Of a stretch of 64,000 nucleotides of DNA, positions 10,423 to 19,260 are shown in pieces. The DNA comes from Bacteroidota bacterium. GTDB taxonomy: Bacteria > Bacteroidota > Bacteroidia > Chitinophagales > JADJOU01. A program made the position numbers and the translations under genes. The stretch covers positions 85,000 through 148,999 of the forward strand of contig JADJOU010000005.1 in the NCBI GenBank assembly GCA_016713645.1, in the 5' to 3' direction. Position 1 is the stretch's first letter, and every line of letters starts with the position of its first letter. Below the pieces are notes generated by a model that did not search any database, was not told where the DNA came from, and saw only the letters and a program-made list of their open reading frames with translations.

Positions 10423-10960
10423 ATAGATGAATTTAATTTTTTAAAATTAGAAACTTCAAAAGTGTTTGCTAGAAAGAGTTACAGATAATTCGCTCTAAGC
10501 TTTTTTAGATAAAAAAAGCACTGAAAATGATAAATTTAGAACGAGTAAAAGTCTCTCAATAGTTAATTCTTTTAAAATTTGTAAAAACGAAAGTCGCTAT
10601 ATACAACGAGATTTCCAAATTTATTTTTAACTTTTTTTGATTTTTCTTGCACTTTTGTTGCGCGAAATACTCAAAATATTGTATTTCAACAACTTAAAGA
10701 GATGTCTTCCATTTAAAATAATCTTATCATTTGAAATGTTCCTTAACCATAACGTAAACTATTTCAGCTAAAATAGTTTAGTTTTTTGCCTAAATGAGCT
10801 TTTTTCTGCTTTCAACCGAACTAAACCAATTAAAAAATAAAAAATAAAATTGCGGTACGCGTTGCTTTACACCGAACCAAACCAATTAAAAAATAAAAAA
10901 GTAAAAATTAAAATTGCGCTGCGCGTTGCTTTACAACAAACCAATTCAACATTCAACATT

Positions 10961-11096
10961 CAAAATTCAAAATTCATAATGCCCTCAGCGAGGGGCGTTA
11001 CCACCTCGCTAGATGTATCTCGCCCCTCCAGGGCTCAAATTCCGTGAAGAACTAGGATTTGTTGTGCTTAAACTGAACCAATTCAAAATTCAAAAT
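10961..11096. repeat. repeat unit 1 (core)
   Basis: Sequence caaaattcaaaattcataatGccctcagcgaggggcgttaccacctcgctagatgtatctcgcccctCcagggctcaaattccgtgaagaactaggatttgttgtgCttaaactgaaccaattcaaaattcaaaatt. Hairpin H1 is AGCGAGG 10987-10993 / CCTCGCT 11004-11010. Hairpin H2 is CAAATTCC 11036-11043 / GGATTTG 11055-11061. Confidence 0.9.
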
Positions 11097-11135
11097 TGCG
11101 CTTCGCCTTGCATTCAACCAAACCAATTCAACATT

Positions 11136-11268
11136 CAAAATTCAAAATTCATAATTCCCTCAGCGGGGGCGTTACCACCTCGCTAGATGTTCTGCCCCTT
11201 CAGGGCTCAAATTCCGTGAAGAACTAGGATTTGTTGTGCTTAAACTGAACCAATTCAAAATTCAAAAT
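11136..11268. repeat. repeat unit 2 (core, most degenerate)
   Basis: Same core with three 1-nt deletions (cagcgggggcg; gatgttctgcccc) that weaken H1. Confidence 0.9.
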
Positions 11269-11304
11269 CCCGATTCGGCCCTTGTGCATTCAACCAAACC
11301 AATT

Positions 11305-11441
11305 CAAAATTCAAAATTCATAATTCCCTCAGCGAGGGGCGTTACCACCTCGCTAGATGTATCTCGCCCCTTCAGGGCTCAAATTCCGTGAAGAACTAGG
11401 ATTTGTTGTGATTAAACTGAACCAATTCAAATTTCAAAATT
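11305..11441. repeat. repeat unit 3 (core)
   Basis: Core identical to unit 4 from ccctcagcg to ttcaaaat. Confidence 0.9.
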
Positions 11442-11472
11442 GGGGCCTTGCATTCCAAACCAATTCAAAATT

Positions 11473-11608
11473 TAAAATTCAAAATTCATAATTCCCTCAG
11501 CGAGGGGCGTTACCACCTCGCTAGATGTATCTCGCCCCTTCAGGGCTCAAATTCCGTGAAGAACTAGGATTTGTTGTGATTAAACTGAACCAATTCAAAT
11601 TTCAAAAT
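11473..11608. repeat. repeat unit 4 (core)
   Basis: Core identical to unit 3. Confidence 0.9.
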
Positions 11609-11661
11609 CCATAATTCATAATTCAATTGGAGCTCTGTTGTGCATTTCACCAAATCAAACC

Positions 11662-11696
11662 AATTCAAAATTCAAAATTCAAAATTCAAAATTTAA
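11662..11696. repeat. (AATTCAA)5 heptamer microsatellite abutting and overlapping the DUF4112 stop codon
   Basis: aattcaa aattcaa aattcaa aattcaa aatttaa read directly. Shorter runs of the same heptamer flank every core. Confidence 0.9.
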
Positions 11697-12166
11697 AACC
11701 CGCCGTATACAAATTCAGCCAGCTGAATAAGCAATAAAGCGAAGACATAAAGCAATGCAGTAGAAAGGAGAAATGCGACGAACAAAATTGACATTAAATA
11801 GCCCATTCCCGACCCCTGATGTGCGCCATCGTTAAAGTGACGCTCTAATAATGCAAGATTTCGATTATTTGCCTTATAAACAAAGTCAAATATTTGTCCT
11901 ATAATTGGGATAGACCCGATGATATAATCGACCAAAATATTCATCAACATCTTTATGATTACTTTTCCACTTGCCCCGGCGCGAATGGCCATCAACAGCA
12001 TGACTCCACCAGCGATAAACCCCGTAAATGAGCCTATGAAGGGCAACAAATTCATCAATGGATCAATGCCAAATCGATACTTCGTTCCAAAAAAAGAAAA
12101 CTGAGAATCCAACAAGCGCGCCCATGATTGAATGGCTTTCAATTGGGGAGAATTGTAATTGCGCAT
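11693..12166 (-). CDS. DUF4112 domain membrane protein
   Basis: LLDSQFSFFGTKYRFGIDPLMNLLPFIGSFTGFIAGGVMLLMAIRAG matches the DUF4112 signature from memory. Two or more TM segments. Confidence 0.75.
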   Translation of the reverse strand: MRNYNSPQLKAIQSWARLLDSQFSFFGTKYRFGIDPLMNLLPFIGSFTGFIAGGVMLLMAIRAGASGKVIIKMLMNILVDYIIGSIPIIGQIFDFVYKANNRNLALLERHFNDGAHQGSGMGYLMSILFVAFLLSTALLYVFALLLIQLAEFVYGGF

Positions 12167-12178
12167 TTTATATATTTA

Positions 12179-12565
12179 TCAATTCATTTTTTCCAAACTC
12201 GACAAAATAAATTTTGGAATTTCGACTTCAAATAATTCCTCAGTCACCAAATTCCTAAATTGATAATGTCCCTCCATACTTCCCAAATCGGATAATAAGT
12301 CGCAGCCGCTGACATATTCATAGGCATGGCTGGGATAGATGATGGGCATTTCCCCAATCACGCCCTGTCCTTCCACAATAGATGTATGTCCTGCAGAATC
12401 AAAAATTTTCCAATATCTACTCAATAATTTGATGGGAAAATCGTTGTGATTGGCAATACTTATCCTATACGCGAAAAGGTAACGCACAAATTCATCCTCT
12501 TCTATTTCCTGCTGAAAGCGCGTCAGGACGGATATCTTGACACCATTTGTTATAAGCGTTGACAT
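12179..12565 (-). CDS. apaG: ApaG (DUF525) protein
   Basis: 128 aa containing TNGVKISVLTRFQQE..YLFAYRISIANHNDFPIKLLSRYWKIFDSAGHTSIVEGQGVIGEMPII..YEYVSGCDL..GSMEGHYQF, which is the canonical ApaG pattern. Confidence 0.85.
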   Translation of the reverse strand: MSTLITNGVKISVLTRFQQEIEEDEFVRYLFAYRISIANHNDFPIKLLSRYWKIFDSAGHTSIVEGQGVIGEMPIIYPSHAYEYVSGCDLLSDLGSMEGHYQFRNLVTEELFEVEIPKFILSSLEKMN

Positions 12566-13085
12566 ATCTGGACTTTATTTGAATATCAAAATTAATATAG
12601 AAATTGATATCGCCAAATTTATTTTCATTTTCTTTTAATGTCGGTTAGTCATGAGTAATACCAAATTATTCATACACTTTCGATTATTATAAACAATTTT
12701 GCTATAGCCGAATTCCCCTTTATTTAGTTCAACTTTTGCCATTTTTTCTGTGTTCATTTGTTTTTTGCTGTATAATTCGCAAGCGCAATTTTAGATTGCG
12801 AATGGCTGCAACAGTATATGTATGTTAGAATTTAAGTGAATTCAAATTTTCTCCTAGGTATTCACTCAGTGATCACTTAATTAACATCATTCTTATCTTT
12901 TGAAATTACTAAAACATAGATTAAAACCTATCGTGTAAATCCTTCCTTTCAAACTTATGATTCCAATCAATAAAGACATAGAATAATCATCAATAAAAAG
13001 ATACTAAATTGTTACCTATCCATAAATTATGGTCTAGACAACAAAAAAATAGTCCACATCCCATCTTTTATCTACTTTTACGCAT

Positions 13086-14102
13086 ATGAATATACTTGTT
13101 ACAGGAGGCTTGGGTTATATCGGATCACACACAGTGGTGGACCTATTGCAGCACGGCCATGAAGTATTTATCGCCGATGATTGTTCAAATGCCTCTGAAG
13201 ATGTGTTAGATCATATTTTCAAAATCACGGGGATAAAACCCGGGTTTCAGCGCATCGATTTAAAAAACAAATCAGCTGTTGATGACTTATTCAATATCCA
13301 GCGCAAATTCGACGGAGTGATTCATTTTGCTGCGCATAAATATGTAGACGAATCTGTCGAGCAACCGCTCAAATATTATGAAAACAACCTCTTGAGTCTT
13401 TTGCATATTCTTGAGAATGTTCAAAGACACCATATCCCCTATTTTGTATTCAGTTCCTCTTGTTCCGTCTATGGCAATATCCAGGAATTGCCTGTGACAG
13501 AAATGACTGCGCTTGAAGAAGCTCAGAGCCCCTATGCGCGAACTAAACAGATAGGAGAAAACATCATAGAAGATTTTACGAAGTCCGGTTCAACGCATTG
13601 CATATCGCTCAGATATTTCAATCCTGTTGGCGCGCATGAGAGCAATGATTTGGGGGAATCCCCGATGGTTGTATCCAATAACCTCATTCCGAGAATCACG
13701 GCAACCGCCATTGGCAAACATGCTGTTTTTCAGATTTATGGAACGGATTATCCGACAAGAGATGGAACTTGCATAAGGGATTATATTCACGTTATGGATA
13801 TATCAAATGCGCATACAAAATCCCTTGACTTTCTCGCGGAGAAAACACCCATCGATAAACATACAATCATCAACCTCGGTTCAGGAAATGGCATCTCTGT
13901 CAGAGAGATGGTCGACGCTTTTACAAAAACAACCGGTGCACATTTAAATGTCGCCGAGACAACTAGGCGCCCTGGCGATGTCATTGCTGTCTATGCAGAT
14001 AATTCAAAAGCCAAAGCACTTTTAAATTGGTCGCCCACCAGAAATATTGAAGATATTATGCGCACTGCTTGGAATTGGGAAGTGAAGAATAGCAAGGCTT
14101 AG
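13086..14102 (+). CDS. galE: UDP-glucose 4-epimerase
   Basis: MNILVTGGLGYIGSHTVVDLL Rossmann motif, SPYARTK catalytic YxxxK, 338 aa, GalE-like throughout. Confidence 0.9.
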   Translation: MNILVTGGLGYIGSHTVVDLLQHGHEVFIADDCSNASEDVLDHIFKITGIKPGFQRIDLKNKSAVDDLFNIQRKFDGVIHFAAHKYVDESVEQPLKYYENNLLSLLHILENVQRHHIPYFVFSSSCSVYGNIQELPVTEMTALEEAQSPYARTKQIGENIIEDFTKSGSTHCISLRYFNPVGAHESNDLGESPMVVSNNLIPRITATAIGKHAVFQIYGTDYPTRDGTCIRDYIHVMDISNAHTKSLDFLAEKTPIDKHTIINLGSGNGISVREMVDAFTKTTGAHLNVAETTRRPGDVIAVYADNSKAKALLNWSPTRNIEDIMRTAWNWEVKNSKA

Positions 14103-14188
14103 AAAATTAATCCCTCTTATCTTCATTCATTCAAAAAAAATAAATTTTTCTTTTTGATCACACAGGCGATAAAGGAGTATTCTCTGCA

Positions 14189-14872
14189 TCACTTAACCAA
14201 ATAATAGAGCAATTTGATATACTCATTATTTGCAGCAATCAACCCATTTTCAGAATTCCACCAGTTGACTTCACTGTATTTACTATCTGGTGCCCCTGAA
14301 ATAAATACGCGAATTTTATTCTCTTCAAATTTGTCGTTAAAAACTTGGCGAATCCTTCGCGTATGAAATAAATTAGATACAACTAAAATGCTATCTATTC
14401 CCTCCTTTTTACAATACGCCAATATGATGTCTGATTCTTCTTTGGTGCTGGTGCCTTCGCGAATGATTTGAATTGAATCCCGAATGCCCTGTTTGCGCAA
14501 TTGTATTTCTGTAAAATCACATTCATAGGTTGTCGGGCAACACGATTTCATATCCGGAATTTGATTCCCTCCTGTGCATACAATGCGATCATATTGATGA
14601 TTCTTCAGAAGCGAAGCGGTGTGATTCGCGCGATCAAAACTATTCCCAGATAAGACAAAAACGGCATCCAATTTATTGGGCAATGCTGTTTCACAAATCA
14701 AAAAACTTCCTACGCCTTTTAATATTTCAATGCGCAATGCAATCGCGAGAAATACAAAAAGGATAGATCCGATGAGAAACTTGGAAGGCTTGAAACTAAA
14801 GGATAAAACCCTAGTTTTTGGTATCTGATTCAATCTTGGTATCTTTACTAAATCTCGTGCCGAACACAACAT
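14189..14872 (-). CDS. YdcF/ElyC/SanA (DUF218) family protein
   Basis: N-terminal TM segment, then DAVFVLSGNSFDRANHTASLLKNHQYDRIVCTGG and ILVVSNLFHTRRI. The start is uncertain because the ORF overlaps the upstream gene by 62 bp. Confidence 0.7.
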   Translation of the reverse strand: MLCSARDLVKIPRLNQIPKTRVLSFSFKPSKFLIGSILFVFLAIALRIEILKGVGSFLICETALPNKLDAVFVLSGNSFDRANHTASLLKNHQYDRIVCTGGNQIPDMKSCCPTTYECDFTEIQLRKQGIRDSIQIIREGTSTKEESDIILAYCKKEGIDSILVVSNLFHTRRIRQVFNDKFEENKIRVFISGAPDSKYSEVNWWNSENGLIAANNEYIKLLYYLVK

Positions 14873-15473
14873 CCCACAATTTGCTGCTCACACCATATCC
14901 ATTGTCTGGATCCTTATAATGGTGGAACATATGGTGATGTTTTAATTTTACGAAATAAGGATTATTCCACTTTGCATAATGAAGGGCATAATGCATCATA
15001 TCATAAGACAAATAACCAATCACCAATCCTGAAAATGCAGCAAAAGTTGCGCCCGTCAAGCCCCCAAATAAATAGTAGAATAGCGCCATAAATGGCAATG
15101 AGAGTGGAACTGATAAAGCGGGTGGCATGACCAATCTCAATGAGTCATTTGGGTAATCGTGATGAACCCCATGTGTGATGAAATTAATGCGCTTGCCAAA
15201 CTCTGTCGTTGGATGATAGTGAAAAACAAATCGATGGAGGATATACTCAGAAAAAGTCCAAATCAACAAACCGATTCCGAAATAAATAATAAAGGATAAA
15301 AAGTTGATGCTCTGCTCTCCAAATAGCGCGAAATAAACGCAAGCGATAACAACTGGCGTCCAAAAAATCAAAGGCACTGTCCAATGCACGCGAGATAAAA
15401 GATCCAATATTTTATTATCGAACATGCGCACTGATTCGTCTTTGATAGATACAAACAATTTTTTTGCTTCCAT
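14811..15473 (-). CDS. fatty acid hydroxylase / sterol desaturase family membrane protein
   Basis: His boxes HRFVFHYH, HGVHHDYPND and HHHMFHHYKD. Start chosen at the internal ATG 15473 (MEAKKLF). The track ORF extends to 15710, but the extra 79 aa look non-coding. Confidence 0.8.
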   Translation of the reverse strand: MEAKKLFVSIKDESVRMFDNKILDLLSRVHWTVPLIFWTPVVIACVYFALFGEQSINFLSFIIYFGIGLLIWTFSEYILHRFVFHYHPTTEFGKRINFITHGVHHDYPNDSLRLVMPPALSVPLSLPFMALFYYLFGGLTGATFAAFSGLVIGYLSYDMMHYALHYAKWNNPYFVKLKHHHMFHHYKDPDNGYGVSSKLWDVVFGTRFSKDTKIESDTKN

Positions 15474-15643
15474 GGTATTCAAAATATAAAGTGCAAAATT
15501 AAGGATTATAAGTATTACGGCACAATTAAAATCAAAAGAAATGTTAATTGCCGCTTTAAGTATTGGGTCAAACAATATACCGAATTCAATTCTGGCCTGC
15601 GCTAATTGAAAAAAATATATAGGTTTGCTCAAAAAACTACGCG

Positions 15644-16039
15644 ATGGATTATAAAGGAGTATATTATAGCGAATACTTGCAACTGGATAAGATATTGGGC
15701 GCACAAGCACTTGAGAGCGACAAACACAAGGCGCATGCCCATGATGAAATGCTGTTTATTATCATTCATCAGGCGTATGAATTGTGGTTTAAGCAAATAT
15801 TATGCGAGGTGGATACTGCGATTGATATCATGAAAAAACCCGCTGTCAATGATAATTCCGATGAATTGCAGACTGTTGTCCATCGCTTGAATCGCGTCAT
15901 TCAAATCCTCAAGGTTTTGGTGCATCAAATTGACATTTTGGAGACGAGGACACCGCTCGATTTTCTCGACTTTAGGGATTTCTTGAGGCCAGCAGGGGGA
16001 TTTCAGAGCAGTCAATTCAAAATACTCGAATGCAAATAG
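15644..16039 (+). CDS. kynA: tryptophan 2,3-dioxygenase, N-terminal part (ends at in-frame TAG 16037-16039)
   Basis: [64 protein letters not shown] matches the TDO signature. Full gene span is 15644-16684. Confidence 0.85.
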   Translation: MDYKGVYYSEYLQLDKILGAQALESDKHKAHAHDEMLFIIIHQAYELWFKQILCEVDTAIDIMKKPAVNDNSDELQTVVHRLNRVIQILKVLVHQIDILETRTPLDFLDFRDFLRPAGGFQSSQFKILECK

Positions 16040-16141
16040 GGATCAAAATATGAGAATCGACATGGCCAAGAATATTATTTATCGCAATTAAAGCCCGATG
16101 ATCGTCAAACCGTCATCGACGCGGAGAAAAACCCTTCCGTC

Positions 16142-16684
16142 ATGCTTTTGCTCAATCAATGGCTAGAGCGATTCCCATTCTTCCATGACCCCGCGCTATG
16201 GAATTCTTACACTCCGCATTTCACGAATTCAGGAGACTTGCACCCATTTTGGAATGATTACAAAAATCTCTATTTACAGAGCCTATCCGAAGCGGAGAAA
16301 GTGAATATTCAATTTTTTGATAAGCACTTCTTTGAAGAAGATGCCACAAGAAGTCTGAGTGCCAAAGCCAATCAATCCGCCCTATTTATCATGCTCTATA
16401 GAGGCTATCCGCTTTTCCACCAACCCTTCCAATTATTGCAATGCCTTTTGGACATCGACGAACAAATGGCCACTTGGAGATTCAGACACGTGAATATGGT
16501 CCACCGAATGATTGGGAATAGAATTGGTACGGGTGGTAGCACGGGAAAGGCTTATTTACAAGGTGCTTTGAACAAGCACTATATATTCCAAGAAATCGCC
16601 GGCATGACCAGCTTTCTCATGGAGCGAAGCAAAATACCTCAACTCCCACACGAATTGAGCAGCAGTATTGGATTTAAACTATAA
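16142..16684 (+). CDS. kynA: tryptophan 2,3-dioxygenase, C-terminal part (same frame as 15644..16039)
   Basis: 16142-15644 = 498 = 166 codons, and no other stop lies between 16040 and 16142. Contains WLERFPFF..ATWRFRHVNMVHRMIGNRIGTGGSTGKAYL, the TDO C-terminal motif. Confidence 0.85.
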   Translation: MLLLNQWLERFPFFHDPALWNSYTPHFTNSGDLHPFWNDYKNLYLQSLSEAEKVNIQFFDKHFFEEDATRSLSAKANQSALFIMLYRGYPLFHQPFQLLQCLLDIDEQMATWRFRHVNMVHRMIGNRIGTGGSTGKAYLQGALNKHYIFQEIAGMTSFLMERSKIPQLPHELSSSIGFKL

Positions 16685-16711
16685 TTTAACAACGATTGAT
16701 ATTCCGAATTT

Positions 16712-18001
16712 ATGATACGATATAAAGCCATCGACAATGCCCTATTCATTGAGAATAGAAAAAAATTCATCGCACAGATGAAGCCAAATTCCATCGCCAT
16801 TTTCCATGCTGGCGATCAATTCTTGCGCTCAGCGGATGCCAACCACGCCTTCTTTCAAAATCCCGATTTATTCTATTTGACGGGAATTGATCAAGAAGAG
16901 ACCATATTGGTGCTCTTTCCAGATGCGCCGAACGCCGCGTGGAGAGAAGTCTTGTTTTTAAAAGAAACGAGCGAACACATCTTGGTATGGGAGGGGTATA
17001 AATACACCAAGGAGCAGGCAACTGCATGCTCAGGCATTCAAAATTGCTCTTGGGAAACTGGATTTCAAGGTCTCTTTGACGTGATGATGCACTATGCAGA
17101 AAACGTCTATATCAATCTCAATGAACATGATCGAACCCATTTCGATGGCGATTACAAAGACTTCAGATTTGCCAAAGCATGTAAAGAAAAATTCCCCCTC
17201 CATAATTATGAGCGAACGGCTCCTATCATGTCTGCTTTGAGAACATCAAAATCTGCGATTGAGATTCAACTCATGCAAAAAGCATGTGATATTACGGAAT
17301 CCGCATTTAGAAGGGTATTGAATTTTACTAAACCCGGGGTCATGGAATACGAGATTGAAGCCGAAATCACCCATGAATTTATACGAAACACGGCAAAACA
17401 CGCCTACAATCCAATTATCGCTTCTGGCATAGATAGTTGTATTCTACACTATAACGATAACAATAAACAATGTCTTGAGAATCAGGTCTTGTTGATGGAC
17501 TTTGGATCGAGTTATGCCAACTATGCATCTGACCTCACCAGGACAATTCCCGTCTCTGGGAAATTTACCAAAAGACAAAAAGATGTGTATAACGCATGCC
17601 TTCGAGTGCATCGTGCAGCGACGAATATGATGTCCTATTCCATTACTTTGGATGAAATCAATACGGAAGTGGGCAAAATCATGGAGAGCGAGCTCATTGG
17701 ACTGGGTTTATTAGATAAGGACCAAGTAGCGAAGCAAAATCCCAAGAATCCATTATTCAAGAAATATTTCCCGCACGGGAACTCCCATTTCCTCGGTTTA
17801 GACGTCCACGATGTGGGAAATCGCTATCACAAATTGGCCATCGGCACTGTAATAACCAATGAGCCAGGCATTTACATAAGAGAAGAGGCGATTGGCATAC
17901 GCATCGAAAATGATATTCTCATCACAGCCAATGGCCCAGTGGACTTGATGAAAAACATCCCAATAGAAGCCGATGAGATCGAATCACTTATGAATTCTTA
18001 A
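16712..18001 (+). CDS. pepP: Xaa-Pro aminopeptidase (M24B, aminopeptidase P family)
   Basis: AMP_N-type N-domain (FFQNPDLFYLTGIDQEE). M24 metal ligand context LLMDFGSSYANYASDLTRT, HGNSHFLGLDVHD and GIRIENDILIT. Confidence 0.85.
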   Translation: MIRYKAIDNALFIENRKKFIAQMKPNSIAIFHAGDQFLRSADANHAFFQNPDLFYLTGIDQEETILVLFPDAPNAAWREVLFLKETSEHILVWEGYKYTKEQATACSGIQNCSWETGFQGLFDVMMHYAENVYINLNEHDRTHFDGDYKDFRFAKACKEKFPLHNYERTAPIMSALRTSKSAIEIQLMQKACDITESAFRRVLNFTKPGVMEYEIEAEITHEFIRNTAKHAYNPIIASGIDSCILHYNDNNKQCLENQVLLMDFGSSYANYASDLTRTIPVSGKFTKRQKDVYNACLRVHRAATNMMSYSITLDEINTEVGKIMESELIGLGLLDKDQVAKQNPKNPLFKKYFPHGNSHFLGLDVHDVGNRYHKLAIGTVITNEPGIYIREEAIGIRIENDILITANGPVDLMKNIPIEADEIESLMNS

Positions 18002-18074
18002 AAAACTACAATATTGGCACACTCTTTGCATTTTGACTAATGTTTTTTTCATAAGTTGTGTGTTTTAGAATATT

Positions 18075-18100
18075 CCCCGCTGAGATAGCGGGGATTTTTT
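18075..18100 (+). terminator. intrinsic terminator after pepP
   Basis: ccccgc tgagata gcgggg followed by atttttt. Confidence 0.75.
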
Positions 18101-18294
18101 ATTTAACACAATTAAGAATTAGATTTCGCAGAGGTTGAAGAACAAAGTGAAGTAATTTGAACTCCCTAATCCCACCGATGCGACTCCCTTTCCTTTGGAG
18201 AGGGTTAGGGGAGAGGCTTATTCATCCCCAATGAAATTTAGTTTCTACAAACCATTTCTAAATTTTATTTTTACATCCAACAAATAATTACTCC

Positions 18295-19155
18295 ATGAAA
18301 GGTATCATACTTGCAGGCGGCTCTGGCACAAGACTCTATCCCATCACTTATGCAATCAGCAAACAGATCATGCCGATCTATGATAAGCCCATGATTTATT
18401 ATCCGCTCTCCACGCTTATGAGCGCTGGTATTAGAGAGATCTTGATTATTTCTACGCCACATGATTTGCCCAACTTCAAACGATTATTGGGAGATGGACA
18501 TCAAATAGGCTGTGAGATTCAATATGCTGAGCAACATGTTCCGAATGGACTCGCACAAGCATTTGTAATCGGAGCAGATTTTATTGGAAAAGACAAATGC
18601 GCTTTGGTTTTAGGAGATAATATATTTTACGGTGCAGGTCTTGGCGATTTGTTGAAAGCCAATAATGACCCAGATGGAGGTGTCATCTATGCATATCACG
18701 TGTCCGATCCTGAGCGATATGGTGTTGTTGAATTTGACAAATCTCATAAAGCCATTTCTATAGAGGAGAAACCCAAACAACCCAAGTCGAACTATGCCGT
18801 TCCTGGACTCTATTTCTACGACAATTCAGTCATTGAAATCGCCAAAAACCTCCCGCTTTCACCGAGGGGAGAATACGAAATCACCGATATCAATATAGAA
18901 TACTTGAAACGCGGAAAATTAAAGGTGGGTATCCTCGACAGAGGCACAGCCTGGCTTGATACAGGCACACACGAATCCCTCATGCAAGCAGCACAATTTG
19001 TGCAAGTCATCGAACAGCGCCAAGGACTCAAGGTGGGATGCATTGAAGAAGAAGCCTATATACAGGGCTTTATCAATGCGGATCAATTAAAAACCCTAGC
19101 AGAACCCCTATTGAAGAGCGGTTACGGCATTTACTTAATGGGACTTTTAAAATAA
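18295..19155 (+). CDS. rfbA: glucose-1-phosphate thymidylyltransferase
   Basis: [55 protein letters not shown] is near-canonical RfbA/RmlA. Confidence 0.95.
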   Translation: MKGIILAGGSGTRLYPITYAISKQIMPIYDKPMIYYPLSTLMSAGIREILIISTPHDLPNFKRLLGDGHQIGCEIQYAEQHVPNGLAQAFVIGADFIGKDKCALVLGDNIFYGAGLGDLLKANNDPDGGVIYAYHVSDPERYGVVEFDKSHKAISIEEKPKQPKSNYAVPGLYFYDNSVIEIAKNLPLSPRGEYEITDINIEYLKRGKLKVGILDRGTAWLDTGTHESLMQAAQFVQVIEQRQGLKVGCIEEEAYIQGFINADQLKTLAEPLLKSGYGIYLMGLLK

Positions 19156-19260
19156 TTCCCTCTAGCTTTATGTTCCCTCATCAAGTTTTTTGTTAAAAGT
19201 TGTAAAATTAATTACCTTTGTTTATAAGCGAACACGTACTTATAAAACTAGAATCTATAT

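Larger units (their letters stand above)
10806..11696. repeat. Nested tandem repeat array: four ~170-bp units (GC-rich double-hairpin core plus AATTCAA heptamer microsatellite), preceded by two core-less spacer-type subunits
   Basis: Unit starts at 10961, 11136, 11305 and 11473, giving periods of 175, 169 and 168 bp. Cores 3 and 4 are identical; core 1 differs at about 3 positions and core 2 has 3 single-base deletions. Inter-core segments of roughly 15-25 nt are GC-rich and variable (gcgcttcgccttgc / cccgattcggcccttgtgc / tggggccttgc). Related subunits attgcgg-tacgcgttgctttaca.. lie at ~10848 and ~10910. Confidence 0.9.

Noticed and set aside
10850-11047. 65-aa ORF inside the repeat array as a protein-coding gene
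   Set aside because: The part that falls in the conserved repeat core (MPSARGVTT...) depends on an ATG present only in unit 1, because the other units read ATT. The remainder is low-complexity microsatellite translation.
10806-11696. CRISPR array
   Set aside because: The conserved part is ~115-135 bp and the variable part only ~15-25 bp, the reverse of CRISPR proportions. The repeats are embedded in microsatellite and there are no cas genes in the window.
14811-14872. 62-bp overlap between the DUF218 and hydroxylase genes as a meaningful translational coupling
   Set aside because: More likely the DUF218 gene starts at a downstream non-ATG codon. I cannot choose the start from sequence alone, so this is not reported as a finding.
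15474-15710. N-terminal extensions of the hydroxylase (to 15710) and kdsB (40345-40440) given by the ORF track
   Set aside because: Internal ATGs at 15473 and 40344 give N-termini that match the family starts (MEAKK.. before the first TM helix; MRVLGIIPARY..). The extensions are hydrophobic junk and would overlap the neighbouring promoter regions.
16037-16039. Stop-codon reassignment or selenocysteine/pyrrolysine recoding as the explanation for the in-frame TAG/TGA codons (16037, 8759, 53606)
   Set aside because: Conserved genes in this window end at their expected C-termini on TAG (e.g. galE at 14100-14102) and on TGA (e.g. mltG at 38323-38325), so both codons act as ordinary stops. The interrupted positions correspond to Leu, Tyr and an unconserved loop, not Cys/Sec sites. 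No SECIS-like or PYLIS-like context was evident.
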